Shown in pieces: positions 1 to 9,702 of a DNA stretch of 64,000 nt. A program made the position numbers and the translations under genes. This DNA is from Candidatus Avimonas intestinalis (lineage in GTDB: Bacteria > Bacillota > Clostridia > Oscillospirales > Acutalibacteraceae). How positions within the stretch are numbered: the first letter of the stretch is position 1; the number at the start of each line of letters is the position of its first letter. The notes under the pieces were generated by a model. The model did no database searches, was not told the origin of the DNA, and saw only the letters and a list, made by a program, of their open reading frames with translations. The DNA is taken from NCBI GenBank assembly GCA_904380375.1, contig CAJFID010000006.1, forward strand, positions 1,330-65,329, given 5' to 3'.

Positions 1-37
1 CCCCTTCACACGCAAAGGGTCAATACAGATATTGGCC

Positions 38-1051
38 TCATCTGTTGTTGATTACACTCACTGGATGGCCGTTGAGGTACTGGCGGTAGTTGTTGATGGC
101 GAGCGAGACCTGCCGTAGGCGGGAGCTTTTCGGCAACCAGGCGATGTGACCGGTAATGGTGGCGTTTTGCTGCTGCAGGATAGGCAGGGGCCGCGTGGGC
201 GGTTCCTCGCTGATTACATCAAGGCCAACGGCGTAGATCTTTCCGCTTTGGAGACCATCTACAAGGGCGTCTTCATCAACGAGAGCGCCCCGCGCCGTGT
301 TGATGAGAATCACTCCGTTCTTCATTTTGGCGATGGAATCGCGATTGATCATCCGGTTGGTGGAGGCATTGAGCGGTGCGTGCAGGGAGATAACGTCCGC
401 ACGGGCATAAAGCTCGTCGAGCGGCACCTGTTCAATGAAGGCAAACTCTGGCCCCTCTTTTATGTGGCGGTTGTAGGCGATGACCTTCATGCCGAACCCC
501 CGGGCGATCTGCGCGGCATGCCAGCCGATTTTGCCGAGACCTATCACGCCAAAGGTCATATTACACAGCTCAAGCTGCTTGGTGATGGCATAGGTGTATT
601 TGGGCGCGCCGAACTCCCACCACTTTGTCTCCTTTATGTATTGGCTGTGCAGCCCAATCCTGTGACAAATATCCAGCAGCAGAGCAAAGGCAAACTCCGC
701 GATAGTACTTGCGCCGTAAGCCGTGTTGGTGATCGTTACACCGTACCGCCGGCTGACACTGAAATCCATATCCTCGTAGCCGTGCGCCAGACCGGCGATA
801 TATTTGCACTTGGGATGCGTTTCAAAGAAATGCTCCGACAGAAAGTTTTTGGTCACCCACACACCGAGGGCGGCGTCTGCATCCTCATCAATGAGGGCGT
901 TAAATTCTTCCGGTGTGGGGAATGTCTTATACCGCTTGACTATGTAGGTGACGTCTGGCAGCTCGCTGAGGCCCGCCCATTCGTGCAGCATTTCTTCAGT
1001 GGAGATATCCGTGCTCGTCGGAGTCCCTAACAATACATTTACCTTTGGCAT
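38..1051 (-). CDS. D-isomer-specific 2-hydroxyacid dehydrogenase family protein
   Basis: 337-aa ORF. NAD-binding GVIGLGKIGWHAAQIARGFGMKVIAYNR, LINTARGALVDEDAL and TGHIAW (catalytic His region) are family hallmarks. Confidence 0.85.
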   Translation of the reverse strand: MPKVNVLLGTPTSTDISTEEMLHEWAGLSELPDVTYIVKRYKTFPTPEEFNALIDEDADAALGVWVTKNFLSEHFFETHPKCKYIAGLAHGYEDMDFSVSRRYGVTITNTAYGASTIAEFAFALLLDICHRIGLHSQYIKETKWWEFGAPKYTYAITKQLELCNMTFGVIGLGKIGWHAAQIARGFGMKVIAYNRHIKEGPEFAFIEQVPLDELYARADVISLHAPLNASTNRMINRDSIAKMKNGVILINTARGALVDEDALVDGLQSGKIYAVGLDVISEEPPTRPLPILQQQNATITGHIAWLPKSSRLRQVSLAINNYRQYLNGHPVSVINNR

Positions 1052-1099
1052 GGTTTATCCAGTTCCTTTCCTTTCGGTGCTTATTGGTCGCCCAGTTCA

Positions 1100-1128
1100 A
1101 GTATAAATTATACGCTTATAATTGTCAA
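1100..1128 (-). promoter_or_regulatory. putative sigma-A promoter for the dehydrogenase gene (TTGACA-17 nt-TATACT on minus strand)
   Basis: Minus-strand -35 TTGACA at 1123-1128 and -10 TATACT at 1100-1105 with a 17-nt spacer, in an AT-rich intergenic region. Confidence 0.5.
1106..1123. promoter_or_regulatory. candidate operator copy 1: imperfect palindrome AATTATA-CGCT-TATAATT
   Basis: Fills the spacer of the minus-strand promoter. Its reverse complement recurs 17/18 identical at 1265-1282. Confidence 0.4.
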
Positions 1129-1253
1129 TTGCTTTTTAAGTTCACAATCTTTTTGTAATTAGCATTTTAACCAATATAAAGAAATATAAATTAGAATATA
1201 TACACTATACTTTCAAAGTTAATTGCGTTAGCAAGGATTTTTCTGAAACGTTC

Positions 1254-1281
1254 TTGACAAGAAAATTTATAAGCGTATAAT
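1254..1281 (+). promoter_or_regulatory. putative sigma-A promoter for the MATE gene (TTGACA-16 nt-TATAAT)
   Basis: -35 TTGACA at 1254-1259 and -10 TATAAT at 1276-1281, about 90 nt upstream of the ATG at 1373. Confidence 0.55.
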
Positions 1282-1282
1282 T
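1265..1282. promoter_or_regulatory. candidate operator copy 2 (ATTTATAAGCGTATAATT)
   Basis: 17/18 identical to the reverse complement of 1106-1123. Overlaps the spacer and -10 of the plus-strand promoter. Confidence 0.4.
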
Positions 1283-1372
1283 AATACATCGAATGTAAGC
1301 GCTCCATTCGACAGAGGGAGGAGTTCGACTAAGAGCTTCCTTGAAGGGCCGACAGAGAAAGGAGGGGTTCCC

Positions 1373-2797
1373 ATGAACGCACAGGAACGTGTGGCAAAAC
1401 TCGGTACGCAGCGGATGCTGCCGCTGATACTTTCAATGTCGGTCCCAGCTATCTGCGGGAATGTAGTCAATGCATTATATAATGTGGGAGACCGCATTTT
1501 CGTCGGCCGTCTCGTAGGGACGGATGCGCTCGGCGCCGTGGGTCTTACCTTTCCATTGAACAACATCACCGGGGCGCTCACTATTATGATCTCCATCGGC
1601 GGCGGGGCGATGCTTTCGCTTTCGCTGGGACGCCGGAAAACCGAGCAAACCAACCGGATCTTTACAAGCATCTGCGTGATGGCATTTGCTATCGCCGTCC
1701 TGATCGCCGCCGGCTTCTTCCTGTTTGCGGGGGCGCTCGTGCGGGTATGCGGGGCAGACCCCGGTTCCACCTTGTATCCCCTTGCTGTCACCTATCTGCG
1801 GATCACTGCCGTCGGCCAATTCTTCTCCATTATCAATCTGGCGCTGGCGGCTGTCATCCGGGCAGAGGGCAATACCAAATACGCCATGATCGTCACCGTA
1901 AGCGGCGCGCTTCTCAACTGCGCTATCGACGCCGTGCTAATGATCGTTTTTGACATGGGCGTGACCGGCGCAGCAATCGGCACGGTGATCGGCCAGATCA
2001 TAAGCTGTGCGCTGAGCCTGCAGTATTACGTGCGCCGCATCGGCGTGGCGCGGTTCCTGGGGGTGCGGGCTTTCCGCTTCTCCACCGCCGTGCGGGTGGT
2101 TTCACTGGGCCTGGCACCCTCCGTGTTCCAAGCCCTCAGCTTTGTGAACAACGTGATCGTAAACCAGTCCCTAAGGCATTATGCGGACCTGGAGCTTGGT
2201 GCGGGCGGCGGCGACCTTGCTCTTTCGGCCATCACCGTGATCCAGACTGTGGAGAATCTGGCCATCATGTTCATTATGGGCATGAACAACGCGATTTCCA
2301 CCATTATCAGCTACAATTACGGCTCCGAGCAGTATGGCCGCGCCAAGCAGGCCACGCTCACCGGCCAGGTGGTGGCCACGGCGGTGTCGATTCTCCTGTG
2401 GGCGTTCATGATGTTCGCGCCCGGTTCGCTTTTCGCGATTTTCAGCCCCGACAGCCCGGAGTTGGCCGAATACGGGGCCAGGGCCATGCGCCTGGGGAAG
2501 GTTTTTATTTTCGGCCTGGGCTTTCAAACGCTTTCGTCGATGTATTTTTCCGCCATCGGCCAGCCTAAAAAGGCGGTCCTCATCTCCATCAGCCGCAACG
2601 GGCTGTTCCTCATCCCCAGCCTGCTCCTCCTGCCCGTATTTTTCGGCCTTGACGGCGTGCTGTGCGCCACTAGTGTGTCGGACGCCTGTTCGCTCGTCCT
2701 TGTAGCGTGTATATATATTTCCGGCGTGCGGGCTCTTTCCAATAAGCAGGAGCGGCAGCCGGTGGAGTGCATTGGGCCGCCGACCTCGGCAAATTGA
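1373..2797 (+). CDS. MATE family efflux transporter
   Basis: 474-aa polytopic membrane protein. The N-terminus LPLILSMSVPAICGNVVNALYNVGDRIFVGR resembles the MatE signature. RBS AAAGGAGGGG lies upstream. Confidence 0.88.
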   Translation: MNAQERVAKLGTQRMLPLILSMSVPAICGNVVNALYNVGDRIFVGRLVGTDALGAVGLTFPLNNITGALTIMISIGGGAMLSLSLGRRKTEQTNRIFTSICVMAFAIAVLIAAGFFLFAGALVRVCGADPGSTLYPLAVTYLRITAVGQFFSIINLALAAVIRAEGNTKYAMIVTVSGALLNCAIDAVLMIVFDMGVTGAAIGTVIGQIISCALSLQYYVRRIGVARFLGVRAFRFSTAVRVVSLGLAPSVFQALSFVNNVIVNQSLRHYADLELGAGGGDLALSAITVIQTVENLAIMFIMGMNNAISTIISYNYGSEQYGRAKQATLTGQVVATAVSILLWAFMMFAPGSLFAIFSPDSPELAEYGARAMRLGKVFIFGLGFQTLSSMYFSAIGQPKKAVLISISRNGLFLIPSLLLLPVFFGLDGVLCATSVSDACSLVLVACIYISGVRALSNKQERQPVECIGPPTSAN

Positions 2798-2829
2798 ACC
2801 TCGATATGCTGGATAAGGTTAGATAGAGA

Positions 2830-2874
2830 ACGGCAAAGGCGCTGTTTAGACAGTACCTTTGTCGTTTTTGTTTT
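2830..2874 (+). terminator. intrinsic terminator after the MATE gene
   Basis: 10-bp stem ACGGCAAAGG / CCTTTGTCGT (one G-U pair), 16-nt loop, followed by TTTTTGTTTT. Confidence 0.6.
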
Positions 2875-2908
2875 ACCTCAGAAGGAACCCGAAGAAGGAG
2901 GAAATCTG

Positions 2909-3835
2909 ATGATGATCAAGTACATCGTCAAACGATTGGCCATGGGTGTTGTGACTATGTTTTTCCTTATCACCATCACCTTTGTGCTCACCAGGCTGAT
3001 GCCGGGCAGCCCCTTTGCAACAGACAACATATCGCCTTCTGTGCTGGCCACGCTGGAAGCAAATTATGGACTGGATAAGCCGATTGATCAGCAGTTCCTC
3101 ATCTATCTGCAATCCCTTCTGCAGGGGAATCTGGGCGTATCGTACACGAGGACGGGCGTAACGGTCAACCAACTCATCGCCGAAGGCTTCCCCGTTACGC
3201 TGCGGCTGGGCCTTATTTCCTTTGCCATTGCCCTCGTTGTCGGGTCCGCCATCGGGATTTGGATGTCGACCACAAAATCGAGCGCTGTCAAGGGCTGGCT
3301 GATTACCGGCTCCACACTGTTTATCAGCATTCCCGGCTTTGTGCTGGCTATTGTGCTGCTTATGGTGTTTGGCCAGTGGCTGAAGGTGATGCCCGTGCTG
3401 TTTGACGGGGGCTTTCTAAGCTACATTATGCCGGTACTGGCCCTCGCCGTTTATCCCATTGCCCAGATCTCACGCCTGGTGCACGCGAGCTATACCGAGG
3501 CCATGAACCAGGATTATGTAGTGATGGCGCGGGCCAAGGGGCTTGGCAAGCGACGAATTCAGATTCTCCACGTTTTGAAAAACGCACTGCTGCCGCTCAT
3601 TACGGTGTGCGGGCCGATGATTGCCTTCCAGATTACGGGCAGCTTCGTGGTAGAGAGTATCTTTACCATCCCCGGCATCGGCGAGGAGTTCGTGAACTCT
3701 GTAAACAGCCGTGATTACACCGTGATCATGGGCCTTACGATTTTCCTCGGCGGTATTATCATCATTGCCAACCTTATCAGCGACGTAGCCTGCGCCCTGG
3801 TGGATCCGCGCGTCAAGATCGGCAAAGGCAACTGA
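2909..3835 (+). CDS. peptide ABC transporter permease (OppB/DppB type)
   Basis: 308 aa. N-terminus MIKYIVKRLAMGVVTMFFLITITFVL and the segment VVMARAKGLGKRRIQILHVLKNALLPLIT are typical of OppB/DppB permeases. Confidence 0.9.
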   Translation: MMIKYIVKRLAMGVVTMFFLITITFVLTRLMPGSPFATDNISPSVLATLEANYGLDKPIDQQFLIYLQSLLQGNLGVSYTRTGVTVNQLIAEGFPVTLRLGLISFAIALVVGSAIGIWMSTTKSSAVKGWLITGSTLFISIPGFVLAIVLLMVFGQWLKVMPVLFDGGFLSYIMPVLALAVYPIAQISRLVHASYTEAMNQDYVVMARAKGLGKRRIQILHVLKNALLPLITVCGPMIAFQITGSFVVESIFTIPGIGEEFVNSVNSRDYTVIMGLTIFLGGIIIIANLISDVACALVDPRVKIGKGN

Positions 3836-3851
3836 CAGGAGGGAATCAAAC

Positions 3852-4763
3852 ATGCTGCAGAAGTCAGAATATTTTCGGCCGATCGACAAGTCGGAGCAGA
3901 ACAGCGAGTTTATCGCTATGGAGTCGCGCAGCTTCTGGCGCGATGTGTGGGAGCGCTTCCGCTCCAACCGGCGTGCGCTGGTAGGCTTCATCATTCTGCT
4001 TCTTATCGCGCTTCTAGCCATTATCGGGCCGCTGGTTTCGCCGTACCCGTACGACGGCATGGGCACCGAGATAAACCGGGGCCCCAGCGCCGCGCATTGG
4101 TTCGGCACGGACGCCCTCGGCCGCGACCTCTTTACCCGTGTGCTCTACGGCATCCGCATCAGCCTGTTTGTCGGCTTTGTGTCCACCTTAATAAACGTTG
4201 TCATCGGCATCGTCTACGGCGGCGTGGCCGGTTATGTGGGGGGCAAGCTTGACAACGTGATGATGCGCATAGTGGACGTTATTTACGCCGTACCATCGCT
4301 GCTTTACATCATTCTGCTTATGATGCTCTTTGGCGCAAACGTAGGCAGCATCATGCTGGGCATGTGCATTTCCGGCTGGGTAGGGAATGCCCGGCTGATG
4401 CGCACACAGGTCATTGCCCTCAAGGAAAGGGAATATGTGCTCGCATCCTACACGCAGGGCGCCAGCCCGGTGCGTATCCTGCTCAAGCATATATTCCCCA
4501 ACGCCATGGGCCCCATCCTCGTGCAGGCCACGCTTGCCATTCCCCAGGCCATTTTTCAGGAGGCGTTTTTGAGCTTTATCGGCATGGGTATTTCAGCCCC
4601 GCAGGCAAGCCTTGGGACTCTTGCGCAGGATGCGAGGATGTACATGGTGATCTATCCGCACCAGATGGTGTGTCCCATCGTGATGATCTGCGTTATCATT
4701 TTCGCCTTGAATTTCATCAGCGAAGGACTCAGCGAAGCGCTTGATCCCACCAACAACCGATAA
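3852..4763 (+). CDS. peptide ABC transporter permease (OppC/DppC type)
   Basis: 303 aa. FWRDVWERFRSNRRALVGFIILLL and HWFGTDALGRDLFTRVLYG are typical OppC N-terminal motifs. Confidence 0.9.
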   Translation: MLQKSEYFRPIDKSEQNSEFIAMESRSFWRDVWERFRSNRRALVGFIILLLIALLAIIGPLVSPYPYDGMGTEINRGPSAAHWFGTDALGRDLFTRVLYGIRISLFVGFVSTLINVVIGIVYGGVAGYVGGKLDNVMMRIVDVIYAVPSLLYIILLMMLFGANVGSIMLGMCISGWVGNARLMRTQVIALKEREYVLASYTQGASPVRILLKHIFPNAMGPILVQATLAIPQAIFQEAFLSFIGMGISAPQASLGTLAQDARMYMVIYPHQMVCPIVMICVIIFALNFISEGLSEALDPTNNR

Positions 4764-4776
4764 GGGAGGCCCGGTT

Positions 4777-5826
4777 ATGCCATTACTGGAGATTAAAAAT
4801 CTATGCGTGGAATTCAAAACACGCGGCGGCATTGTCAAGGCGGTACGGAACGTGAGTTATTCCGTCGATGACGGGGAACTGCTGGGCGTTGTGGGCGAAT
4901 CCGGCTCTGGCAAAAGTGTGGGGATGCTGGCTATTATGGGGCTTTTGGCGTCAAATGGCTGCGTTTCCTCCGGGGAAATCCTGCTTGACGGCGAAGATAT
5001 CAGCCCGCTTGCGCCGGCTTTTGCCGGCAAGCCAAAGGCATATGAGGAAAAGATGAAGGCTATCCGCGGCAATCGCATCGGCATGGTGTTTCAAGATCCG
5101 ATGACGTATCTGAACCCGGTGCTGCGTATCGGCACCCAGCTTACGGAGGGCATTCTTTGCCACGAGAAATGCAGCCGTGAGGAAGCGAAAAAGCGTGCCA
5201 TCTCCCTCATGAAGCAGGTGGGCATTCCCAGCGCGGAGGAACGTTTCCGCCAATATCCATTCGAGTTTTCCGGAGGCATGCGGCAGAGGATCGTTATCGC
5301 CATCGCGCTGGCATGTCGGCCGCGGCTTATCATTGCGGATGAACCTACTACCGCCCTGGACGTAACGGTACAGGCACAGATCATTGACCTTCTGAGGGAG
5401 ATTGCCCAGGTGGAGCATACCGCGGTTATTATGATTACCCACGATCTCGGCGTGGTAGCGCAAATGTGCGACAGGGTAAACATTATGTACGCCGGCGAAA
5501 TTGTGGAGCGTGGTACGCTTGACGAAATCTTTTATGAGCCGAAGCACCCATACACGCAGGGCTTGCTCAAAAGCGTGGGCACGCACGGTGCCGCAGGTCG
5601 GCAGAGCCTTTCTTCGATTCCCGGCACGCCGCCGGACCTGCTCAAGCTCAACACAGGGTGCGCTTTCATGCCGCGCTGCTCACAGGCCATGAAGATCTGC
5701 AAAGATTACATGCCGGCGGCGCATACATTCAGCGGTAGCCACTGCGCCGCCTGTTGGAATTACTGCCGGGAGGCGGCCGACGGGATTGTCGCCGCTGCGA
5801 ACGCGGTATCGGAAAGCGAGGGGTGA
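4777..5826 (+). CDS. peptide ABC transporter ATP-binding protein (OppD type)
   Basis: Walker A GESGSGKS, signature FSGGMRQR, Walker B LIIADEPTTALD, Cys-rich Opp C-terminal region. Start moved to the ATG at 4777, behind RBS AAGGGAGG; the track start at 4741 is a TTG inside the upstream gene. Confidence 0.9.
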   Translation: MPLLEIKNLCVEFKTRGGIVKAVRNVSYSVDDGELLGVVGESGSGKSVGMLAIMGLLASNGCVSSGEILLDGEDISPLAPAFAGKPKAYEEKMKAIRGNRIGMVFQDPMTYLNPVLRIGTQLTEGILCHEKCSREEAKKRAISLMKQVGIPSAEERFRQYPFEFSGGMRQRIVIAIALACRPRLIIADEPTTALDVTVQAQIIDLLREIAQVEHTAVIMITHDLGVVAQMCDRVNIMYAGEIVERGTLDEIFYEPKHPYTQGLLKSVGTHGAAGRQSLSSIPGTPPDLLKLNTGCAFMPRCSQAMKICKDYMPAAHTFSGSHCAACWNYCREAADGIVAAANAVSESEG

Positions 5827-5829
5827 GCC

Positions 5830-6819
5830 ATGGCTAAACAAATTGCGAGAAAAAAAGAACCGGTTGTGAGCATTCATCATGCCAAAAAGTATTTCCTTGC
5901 CTCCCGCCATCTGCTCAAGCCTTCCGACTACGTAAAGGCAGTTGACGATGTAAGCTTCGATATTATGTCAGGCGAAACAGTGGGCCTTGTAGGGGAAAGC
6001 GGCTGTGGAAAGAGTACGCTGGCGCGTACCATCATCCGTATCTATGAGCCGAGCGCCGGAAAAATCTATTACAAGGGCGAAGATATCTCCCATCTTTCCA
6101 ACACGAGGCTCCGTCCCTATCGAAGCAAAATGCAGATGATCTTTCAAGATCCTTATGCCAGCCTTGATCCGCGCTGCACGGTGGGCGAGATCATCGGCGA
6201 GCCGATGAAGATTTACCAGATGTATGACAAGGCCGGCAGAGAAGCACGAATACAGCGGCTTCTTGAGCAGGTGGGTCTGAAGCCGGATCACATCTTCCGC
6301 TATCCGCATGAATTTTCCGGCGGGCAGCGGCAGCGCATTGGTATTGCAAGGACGCTGGCTCTTAATCCGGATTTTATTGTATGCGACGAGCCGATTTCCG
6401 CGCTGGACGTCTCTATTCAAGCGCAGATCATTAACCTTCTGGAGAAAATCCAGGATGAAAGCGGTATCACCTACCTCTTCATTGCTCACGATCTGACGAT
6501 GGTACGCCATATCAGCCATAAAATCGGCGTGATGTACCTCGGCCACCTGGTGGAGTTTGGCGACGCCGACGAGGTGTATGAAAACCCGCTCCATCCGTAT
6601 ACAAGGGCCCTCACCTCTGCGGCGCCTATACCGGATCCCCGCCTTGCCCGCAAGAGGACACGCATAAAACTCACAGGCGAGGTGCCGAGCCCTATTCACG
6701 CACCGGCCGGCTGTCCCTTCTGCACCCGCTGCCCGGAATGTCGGCCTGAGTGCCTCATCGCCCCGCCCGTCATGGCAAATCAGAATGGCCATCGGGTTGC
6801 CTGTTATAAATATGTGTGA
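5830..6819 (+). CDS. peptide ABC transporter ATP-binding protein (OppF type)
   Basis: Walker A GESGCGKST, signature FSGGQRQRIGIARTL, Walker B FIVCDEPISALD. Confidence 0.9.
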   Translation: MAKQIARKKEPVVSIHHAKKYFLASRHLLKPSDYVKAVDDVSFDIMSGETVGLVGESGCGKSTLARTIIRIYEPSAGKIYYKGEDISHLSNTRLRPYRSKMQMIFQDPYASLDPRCTVGEIIGEPMKIYQMYDKAGREARIQRLLEQVGLKPDHIFRYPHEFSGGQRQRIGIARTLALNPDFIVCDEPISALDVSIQAQIINLLEKIQDESGITYLFIAHDLTMVRHISHKIGVMYLGHLVEFGDADEVYENPLHPYTRALTSAAPIPDPRLARKRTRIKLTGEVPSPIHAPAGCPFCTRCPECRPECLIAPPVMANQNGHRVACYKYV

Positions 6820-6898
6820 GGAATCCCCGCACGTACAGGACTCTATGAACAGACCATACAGCCGGAGCTTCCCGGCTACCAAAAAAGGAGTGTGCAAC

Positions 6899-8518
6899 AT
6901 GAAAAAAACAAAAAGATGGTTGTCGCTGCTGCTGGCGGCAAGCTTGTGCGTTTCTCTCGCCGCATGCAGCGGCGGAGGAGGCAACTCCTCGGCGGCGTCT
7001 TCCGGCGAAAAGGTACTCACCCTCTCCGACGCCGAACTGGAGGGCGGCTTCGATCCAGCCGGCTTCGCCCTAGGCGGATGGGTCACTTTCGCAAGGCTGT
7101 GTTCCGCCCCGCTGCTCTCCTACGACAACGAGGGGAACGAGATTATGGAATCCGCCGAAAGCTACGAAACGAGCGACGACCAGCTTGTGTGGACCTTCCA
7201 CCTCCGGGAAGATGCAAAGTGGAGCGACGGCTCTGCTGTGACGGCGGCCGATTTTATTAATACCATTCGCCGTGCCCTTGACCCAGAAACCAGCCAATCC
7301 ATTTATGCCGACCAGTTATATGTGATCGCCGGCGCAGAGGCCTATCATGCCGGCGAGGGCTCGTGGGAGGGCGTGCAGGTGTTCGCCTCTGATGACTATA
7401 CCCTGGAATTTCACCTCGCACAGCCCTGCGGCTACTTCCTCAAGCTCCTCTCCCTGCCCGTTTATTATCCCTCCAAGGAAGGCGTGGCCACTACGGAGAA
7501 TGAAGCTTGGGCCACCACGCCGGAAACCTGCCTGTGCAACGGCGCCTACATGCTTACCGAGTTCGTGCAGGGCCAGTATTACACCATTGAGAAAAACCCC
7601 TATTACTACAATGCCGGCGAAGTAAAGATTGACACGATTACCACCCGTATCATTAACGATACCCAGGCGAAAATCGCGGCATATGAGGCCGGGGAAATCG
7701 ACGTAGCCAACGGCCTGCCGGATTATATTGAAACCCAGTATGAAGGAACAGACGAACTCGCCATTTGGAATATGCTCACCACCCTGGCCGTGATGCCGAA
7801 TCTGGAAGTGGAGCCGCTGGATGATGTACGTGTGCGTGAGGCGATTGCCCTGGCCTTGAGTCGCGATACGATTGCTGCCTCCATGGGTGCAAACTACGAG
7901 GCAAGCTATACCTGGGTGCCGAAATATATGCAGTCGAATGTGGGCAGCGGCCTGTTCAGCGAGGAGGCGGCTTCCTTCTCGGAGGATGCCGAGCGCGCCA
8001 AGGAACTGCTGGCCGAGGCCGGTTATCCGGACGGCGCCGGCTTCCCGAACCTGACCTATACCTATCCGAACAACGATAAGGACGCGCTTCTGGCCCAAGC
8101 CCTCCAAGCGCAGCTGAAGTCGGTTTTGAACATTGATATCAGTTTGCAGGCCCAGGAATCCGAAGTGTATAACACCACAAAGAGCGAGGGGAGCTTTGAT
8201 CTGCTTCGCTATAGCTGGACAGCCGATTTTGATGACCCGATCAACTATCTCTCCATGTTTGTTTCCACCTCCGCCTTGAATTTCAACCATGTAAGCGACT
8301 CCGCTTTTGACGAGGCTGTTGCAGCTTCCAATGTGGCCTCTGACCAGCAGGAGCGCAATGGATATCTGCATGAGGCCGAAACGATCCTCGTGGATGAAAA
8401 CTTCTATATCATCCCTGTAACAACCATGCATTATATCGGCCTGCGCAACCCCAGCATCACAAACGTCCAGTACGACGGCACAGGGCTTTCCCTCTACCGC
8501 TACGCCGATATTTCATAA
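6899..8518 (+). CDS. peptide ABC transporter substrate-binding lipoprotein (SBP family 5)
   Basis: Start moved to MKKTKRWLSLLLAASLCVSLAAC (lipobox LAAC) behind RBS AAAGGAG. Length and composition are typical of OppA/DppA-like proteins. Confidence 0.88.
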   Translation: MKKTKRWLSLLLAASLCVSLAACSGGGGNSSAASSGEKVLTLSDAELEGGFDPAGFALGGWVTFARLCSAPLLSYDNEGNEIMESAESYETSDDQLVWTFHLREDAKWSDGSAVTAADFINTIRRALDPETSQSIYADQLYVIAGAEAYHAGEGSWEGVQVFASDDYTLEFHLAQPCGYFLKLLSLPVYYPSKEGVATTENEAWATTPETCLCNGAYMLTEFVQGQYYTIEKNPYYYNAGEVKIDTITTRIINDTQAKIAAYEAGEIDVANGLPDYIETQYEGTDELAIWNMLTTLAVMPNLEVEPLDDVRVREAIALALSRDTIAASMGANYEASYTWVPKYMQSNVGSGLFSEEAASFSEDAERAKELLAEAGYPDGAGFPNLTYTYPNNDKDALLAQALQAQLKSVLNIDISLQAQESEVYNTTKSEGSFDLLRYSWTADFDDPINYLSMFVSTSALNFNHVSDSAFDEAVAASNVASDQQERNGYLHEAETILVDENFYIIPVTTMHYIGLRNPSITNVQYDGTGLSLYRYADIS

Positions 8519-8551
8519 GTCTGAACAAGTTAAAAAGGGAGATATAAGTCG

Positions 8552-9670
8552 ATGGACAAGATTGAACAACTCATAAAAGAGGGCATCCGCAACATTCCGC
8601 CCTATATTCCCGGAAATACATCCGAGAGCGTAAAGGAAAAATACCATCTTGACCATGTGCTCAAGCTGGCCTCAAATGAAAACCAGTACGGCTGCTCGCC
8701 GAAGGCGAGGGAGGCCATGCTGCAGGCTGTAACAGAATCAAACATCTATCCGGATCCATTCTGTATGCAGCTTCGCAAAAAGCTGGGCGTAAAATTCGGC
8801 TTTGACGATTCCGGCGACAACGTCATCATCTCCGCCGGCGCCAGCGGGATCCTCCTGCTGCTTGGCGAGGTCTTTGTATGCGGCGGCGACGAGGTGGTGT
8901 TCTGTGAACCCACCTTCGGCGCGTACGCCAGCGCGGCCACCCGCAATAACGGCAAGCCAGTGGCCTGCCCACTCACGCCGGACCAGAAATTTGACCTTAA
9001 GACCATGGAACAGGCCGTCACCGAAAAAACAAAGCTTGTCTTTATCTGCAACCCGAACAACCCAAGCGGCACGGCGGTGGACAGTGAGGAGCTTCGCGCC
9101 TTTCTGCACAGGCTCCCGAAGCATGTAATCGCCGTCGTGGACGAGGCGTACATTGAATTTGCCACCGATCCCGCCGTGCAGAGCATGATCCCCGAGATCA
9201 GCGAGGATCTCAACCTGATTGTCGTGCGCACCTTCTCGAAAATCTACGGGCTGGCAGGTGAGCGTATCGGGTATTCCCTCATGAACAAGAAACTGCATGC
9301 CGTGCTGCAGAAGGCAACCTCTGTGTTTGTGGTGGGACGTACCGCGCTGGCGGGCGCAATGGCCGCCCTTGACGATGATGACTTCCTCGTTTCCACGCGG
9401 GAGGGAATACGCGAGGGTCGCGACTATCTTACGCAGGAGCTTACCGCCATGGGCTGGCAGGTGTGGGAATCGCACACAAATTTCCTCTATGCCGATTCCC
9501 ATCTCAACACAAAACTCCTTGCGCAGGAACTGGAGAAGAAGGGGCTGATTATCCGCGGCAATTTCCGGTATTCACGCATCACTGTGGGTACGATGGAACA
9601 GAACCGCGAGATGATTGCCATCATTAAGGAGACGGTGGCGCAGGGCCGTGTGCCGGCCGCGCAGCCGTAA
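8552..9670 (+). CDS. hisC: histidinol-phosphate aminotransferase-like class I/II aminotransferase
   Basis: 372 aa. KLASNENQYGCSP and the PLP-lysine motif FSKIYGLAGERIGY match the HisC family pattern. Confidence 0.75.
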   Translation: MDKIEQLIKEGIRNIPPYIPGNTSESVKEKYHLDHVLKLASNENQYGCSPKAREAMLQAVTESNIYPDPFCMQLRKKLGVKFGFDDSGDNVIISAGASGILLLLGEVFVCGGDEVVFCEPTFGAYASAATRNNGKPVACPLTPDQKFDLKTMEQAVTEKTKLVFICNPNNPSGTAVDSEELRAFLHRLPKHVIAVVDEAYIEFATDPAVQSMIPEISEDLNLIVVRTFSKIYGLAGERIGYSLMNKKLHAVLQKATSVFVVGRTALAGAMAALDDDDFLVSTREGIREGRDYLTQELTAMGWQVWESHTNFLYADSHLNTKLLAQELEKKGLIIRGNFRYSRITVGTMEQNREMIAIIKETVAQGRVPAAQP

Positions 9671-9702
9671 CAAATCGAAGACAAACAATCTGGGGGCCTA
9701 CC

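Noticed and set aside
1288-1372. Possible riboswitch or cre site in the MATE leader (ATGTAAGCGCTCCAT; repeated CGACAGAG-purine-rich blocks)
   Set aside because: The cre-like sequence misses a conserved C of the consensus. The ~85-nt leader is too short and lacks the conserved cores of the guanidine/ykkC-type riboswitches I can recall. Nothing beyond a small 7-bp hairpin is supported.
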